Shown here in pieces: positions 60,721 through 64,000 of a DNA stretch of 64,000 nt. Every line of letters starts with the position of its first letter. Within the stretch, counting starts at the first letter, position 1. The notes beneath the pieces were generated by a model that was not told the DNA's origin, did not search any database, and worked only from the letters and a program-made list of their open reading frames with translations. A program made the position numbers and the translations under genes. The DNA comes from the human T2T-CHM13v2.0 reference genome, Homo sapiens: the NCBI RefSeq assembly GCF_009914755.1, contig NC_060930.1. One strand, 5' to 3'.

Positions 60721-63700
60721 GAAAACATAAAGCCAGTTTTAGTTTCTGGGAAAGTTGTTGATACTAATTTTTCTCATCTTAGCCTTGTGCTGGTGTAACT
60801 AATAGCAAAATGAGTTCACTTGCTGCACCATAATGTAAAGTAGTCTTTTTAAAAGTGAATAGAAATATCTATATAGATCTATAGGTACCAGATACGTATA
60901 TGTGTATAAGTTTTAGCATTAGAAATTCCACACTCATAAATCACAGTTTTGCTTTATAGGATTTAATTGGCAAGAAGGAAAGAAATATAAATTGTTGGTG
61001 CAGAATTTTCAGTCTGTCATTAGAATAGCATAGATTCCATGGCCTGACTTAAAGCATTTGCATGTATCACAAGGATTCTGTTGGAATCAGCGTTGGAGTG
61101 AACTTTTCTTTGAGATGATTTGATGATTCTTTTTAACTCTGTCCTCTATATCCATGGAAGCTGTGCCTCCTTGTAAAAATATGGTGATGGAGACCACAAG
61201 TAATGAAAATATTTAGATAATCACTTATAAGCATTGACAAACAGTATCAAAGGCCATTACTGTATAGACGTTCTTGAGAGTGGCTGGGTCTGTTGCAACT
61301 CACAATGGGAGATAAAAGAACTTAATGTATGTAGCCTTGTTCAAAAGTCCATCTAATTTGAAAAACGTTGATTTAGATCACTCGAAAGTTCCAAGGAAGA
61401 CTTAAATGCATTGAGTAGTCACTGTGAGTTGAGAAGAAGTAAATAGATTATCAGGCAAACAGGTAATCAAAAGCTAGTCCAGAAATTCGAAAAGGACTCC
61501 TGACAATGTCCTGGAAGAATCACGTGGTATTATAAGATACCGCTCAAAGGATAGGGAAAGATGGCCAAAGTACATCAAAATATTATTTTCTTTATTAAAC
61601 AAAAATAAAATTGTATGAACCATAAAACGGATATGGAGAGTTCCAATTTTAATATGTACAGCTTTATTTGGATTAATTGAAAGGTGTACTACCTCCTACA
61701 ACCTGGTAAAATTGCATTCCATATTAAAATTACAGTACAGTAAACCATAAAGTTTACCTATAAGACTGAAAATGACAGATCTAGAATGAATAAGGAAAAT
61801 ATACCACAGCTGACAGAGAGAATATATGACTTGAATGTGAATTTCCTGCCTACGCAAAAGAAGGTTTACTCTGAGTCCAGGAAGCATCATGGTCTATTTA
61901 TGATAATAGAAATTTGTAGGCATCTGGCTTCAGGTGAACCTCTCTGATATTTGACATCAATATTAGTCCAGGCACAAAGCTGTATTTTATTTTCTTGCAG
62001 GGCCTTCATGATGAAATGGAAAATATTGATTTGTGATCACCCCACTATAGATCAATCCAAACACATGGATTTTGTGCTTTGTTTTATTTAAAGGGCCCAA
62101 TCAAAGATTTCTGTTTTGCTTTATATTCAAAGCTTCAGGTCAGTGTTTCCCAGATTTCAATGTACATAAGAATTCCTTGGAGTGTTTATTAAAAATGCAA
62201 ATTCAAGAGCAAGCAAAACTAATATTTCACGAAGAAAATCAGAATAGTGATTATGACTGGGAGGGGCATGAAGGAACTTTCTGAAATATGTAAAATGCAA
62301 CACTTTGCTACATGTGTTTTATTTCATAGTTACAATTTTTAACAAAAACAAACACATTTTTAAAATGCAAACTATTGGGCTATGCCATAGGGGAAAAAAA
62401 TTGCCACAAGGATTGGGCCTGTTTTAATAAGGTTGGGCCTGTTGTTGGCTGGAATAAACTTATCTATCAAATATCAGCCATGAATAACAGAAAAAGGGCA
62501 ACAGATTTTAACTTGCTTCTAATCTTTTTGAAAGCCCCCACTCAAGCCTATTTTTATAGCAAGCAAAATCTCTGCTGGTTCTTTCTACAGTGATCTCAGA
62601 AACTGTTACCTTATGAAGGCATCCAAATTAGTCAAATCTTGAAGGTTTTGTCTTTGTATAGCCAATAGACCAATAATTGGGTTGAGTTTTAGTTCTCAGA
62701 AGTGCATAGTTACTGTGCTCGGGAACTGGCTTTTTAAGATTTCCTTTTATCTCTTGTCCATTTACTTTTTTAAGGTCTGCTGCAAAACCGAAACAGCTCT
62801 TGTTCACATTCTAACTGAGAGAACCTATCAGTTCAGACTTAACCTCAGCAGAATGGAAGTATTTTCACACCAACTGTTATTTCACTCAGATCTCCTCATG
62901 TGGTTCACTCTTTGGTGGGCCCAGTCACTCCAGGATTTTATTTCTTGCAGACATGAGCTTATGTTCAGTCCCCGGAGGATATAGTTTGGGTAATTCTTGC
63001 TGGCAACACTCTCCTAAAGCCTGTCATGAATCTCATTGCCCCATCTGCAGAATACACTTCCAGAGGAAAGCCACTAAAGTATTGCAGATGACAAATGGGA
63101 CATTCTCCTAAGCTAAGTAGAAAAACTACCCATCACCTCCCTCCATTGCTGAGTTATACACAGTGGAAATCATGTACAATGTCAAATCCACCTTGATAAA
63201 TTCCACTTGTTAACCAAGCAGAGCACCTCCAGCAATGAAAAAGGAAGGTAAAGGAGAAAAAGTGACCTCAGAACTTTTTTATGTCTCTCAGATATGAACT
63301 CTTTTGCTTTCAGATGTTAAAGTTATTAATTTCTTTCCATCTTTAACTTGGTTTGGCTCCTAGTCCTAAAATGAAGAGATGTCATTTGAGGTTTTATGCT
63401 GGTAGATTAAAAAAATCCCTCTGCACACAACAAGCACACACATTTTTGAGCAAACTACAACCAGACTCAGATGCCTACGAAATAGGATAGGCTGAATTGA
63501 GTCACAAAGTAATGAGTTTTCAGTTGTCTAGCCAAGCTCATGTTTGTCTCCTTGTTTGCTTACTCCCTGCCAAAACAGAAACATCAAAGTAACAAGAAGA
63601 TATCAGAAACTAGCACTGCTTTAAAAGGAGACACTATCTTTAGTTTGCTCATTTATTCAACATATATTTATGGGATGCCTACCATATGCCAGACATTGTT

Positions 63701-63845
63701 CTAGGCACTGAGGATACAACAGTCGTCAAGAGACCTAAAAAAGCCCTGTTTTCATACTATATGAAATGTTTTATGATTCATAATATGAAAATAATAGTAA
63801 TGATGATGAGGTGGGTGATATGATACATAGTAGAATAAATATGTC

Positions 63846-64000
63846 TTTTTTCTTTTCTTTTTTTTTTTTTTTTTTTAAGACGGAGTCTCACTCTGTCACC
63901 CGGGTGGGAGTACAGCGGCAGGATCTCGGTTCACTGCAAGCTCCACTCTGATGGGTTCAAGTGATTCTCCTGCCTTAGCCTCCCAAATAGCTGGGATTAC
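63846..64000 (-). mobile_element. Alu, cut by the window end
   Basis: Poly-T followed by GACGGAGTCTCACTCTGTCACC...GCTGGGATTAC. Confidence 0.95.

Overview
Primate, almost certainly human, genomic DNA containing the TPBG (5T4/WAIF1) locus; by established knowledge this is chr6q14. There is one host protein-coding gene: the intronless 420-aa TPBG CDS (8408-9670, +) in a CpG island, with several candidate non-coding 5' exons and tandem poly(A) signals. The rest is intergenic and rich in repeats: a full-length L1PA2-like element (ORF1 intact, ORF2 dead, ORF0 open), a decayed two-LTR ERVL provirus carrying a complete THE1 element and two Alus, about a dozen Alus in all, and MER2, MER53, MER5, MER63, MER44, MIR, L2 and MaLR relics. 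The most notable structures are (i) an Alu-headed, polyadenylated ~860-bp retro-insert with ~550 bp of foreign flank (including a MIR) that splits a MER2, (ii) a 66-bp 3' transduction on the L1, (iii) an open ORF0 with a plausible downstream exon, and (iv) a TPBG leader that stays open in the CDS frame across predicted splice junctions. Repeat subfamily names come from my recall of consensus sequences and need RepeatMasker/Dfam confirmation. I found no evidence of a wholly new multi-gene system.
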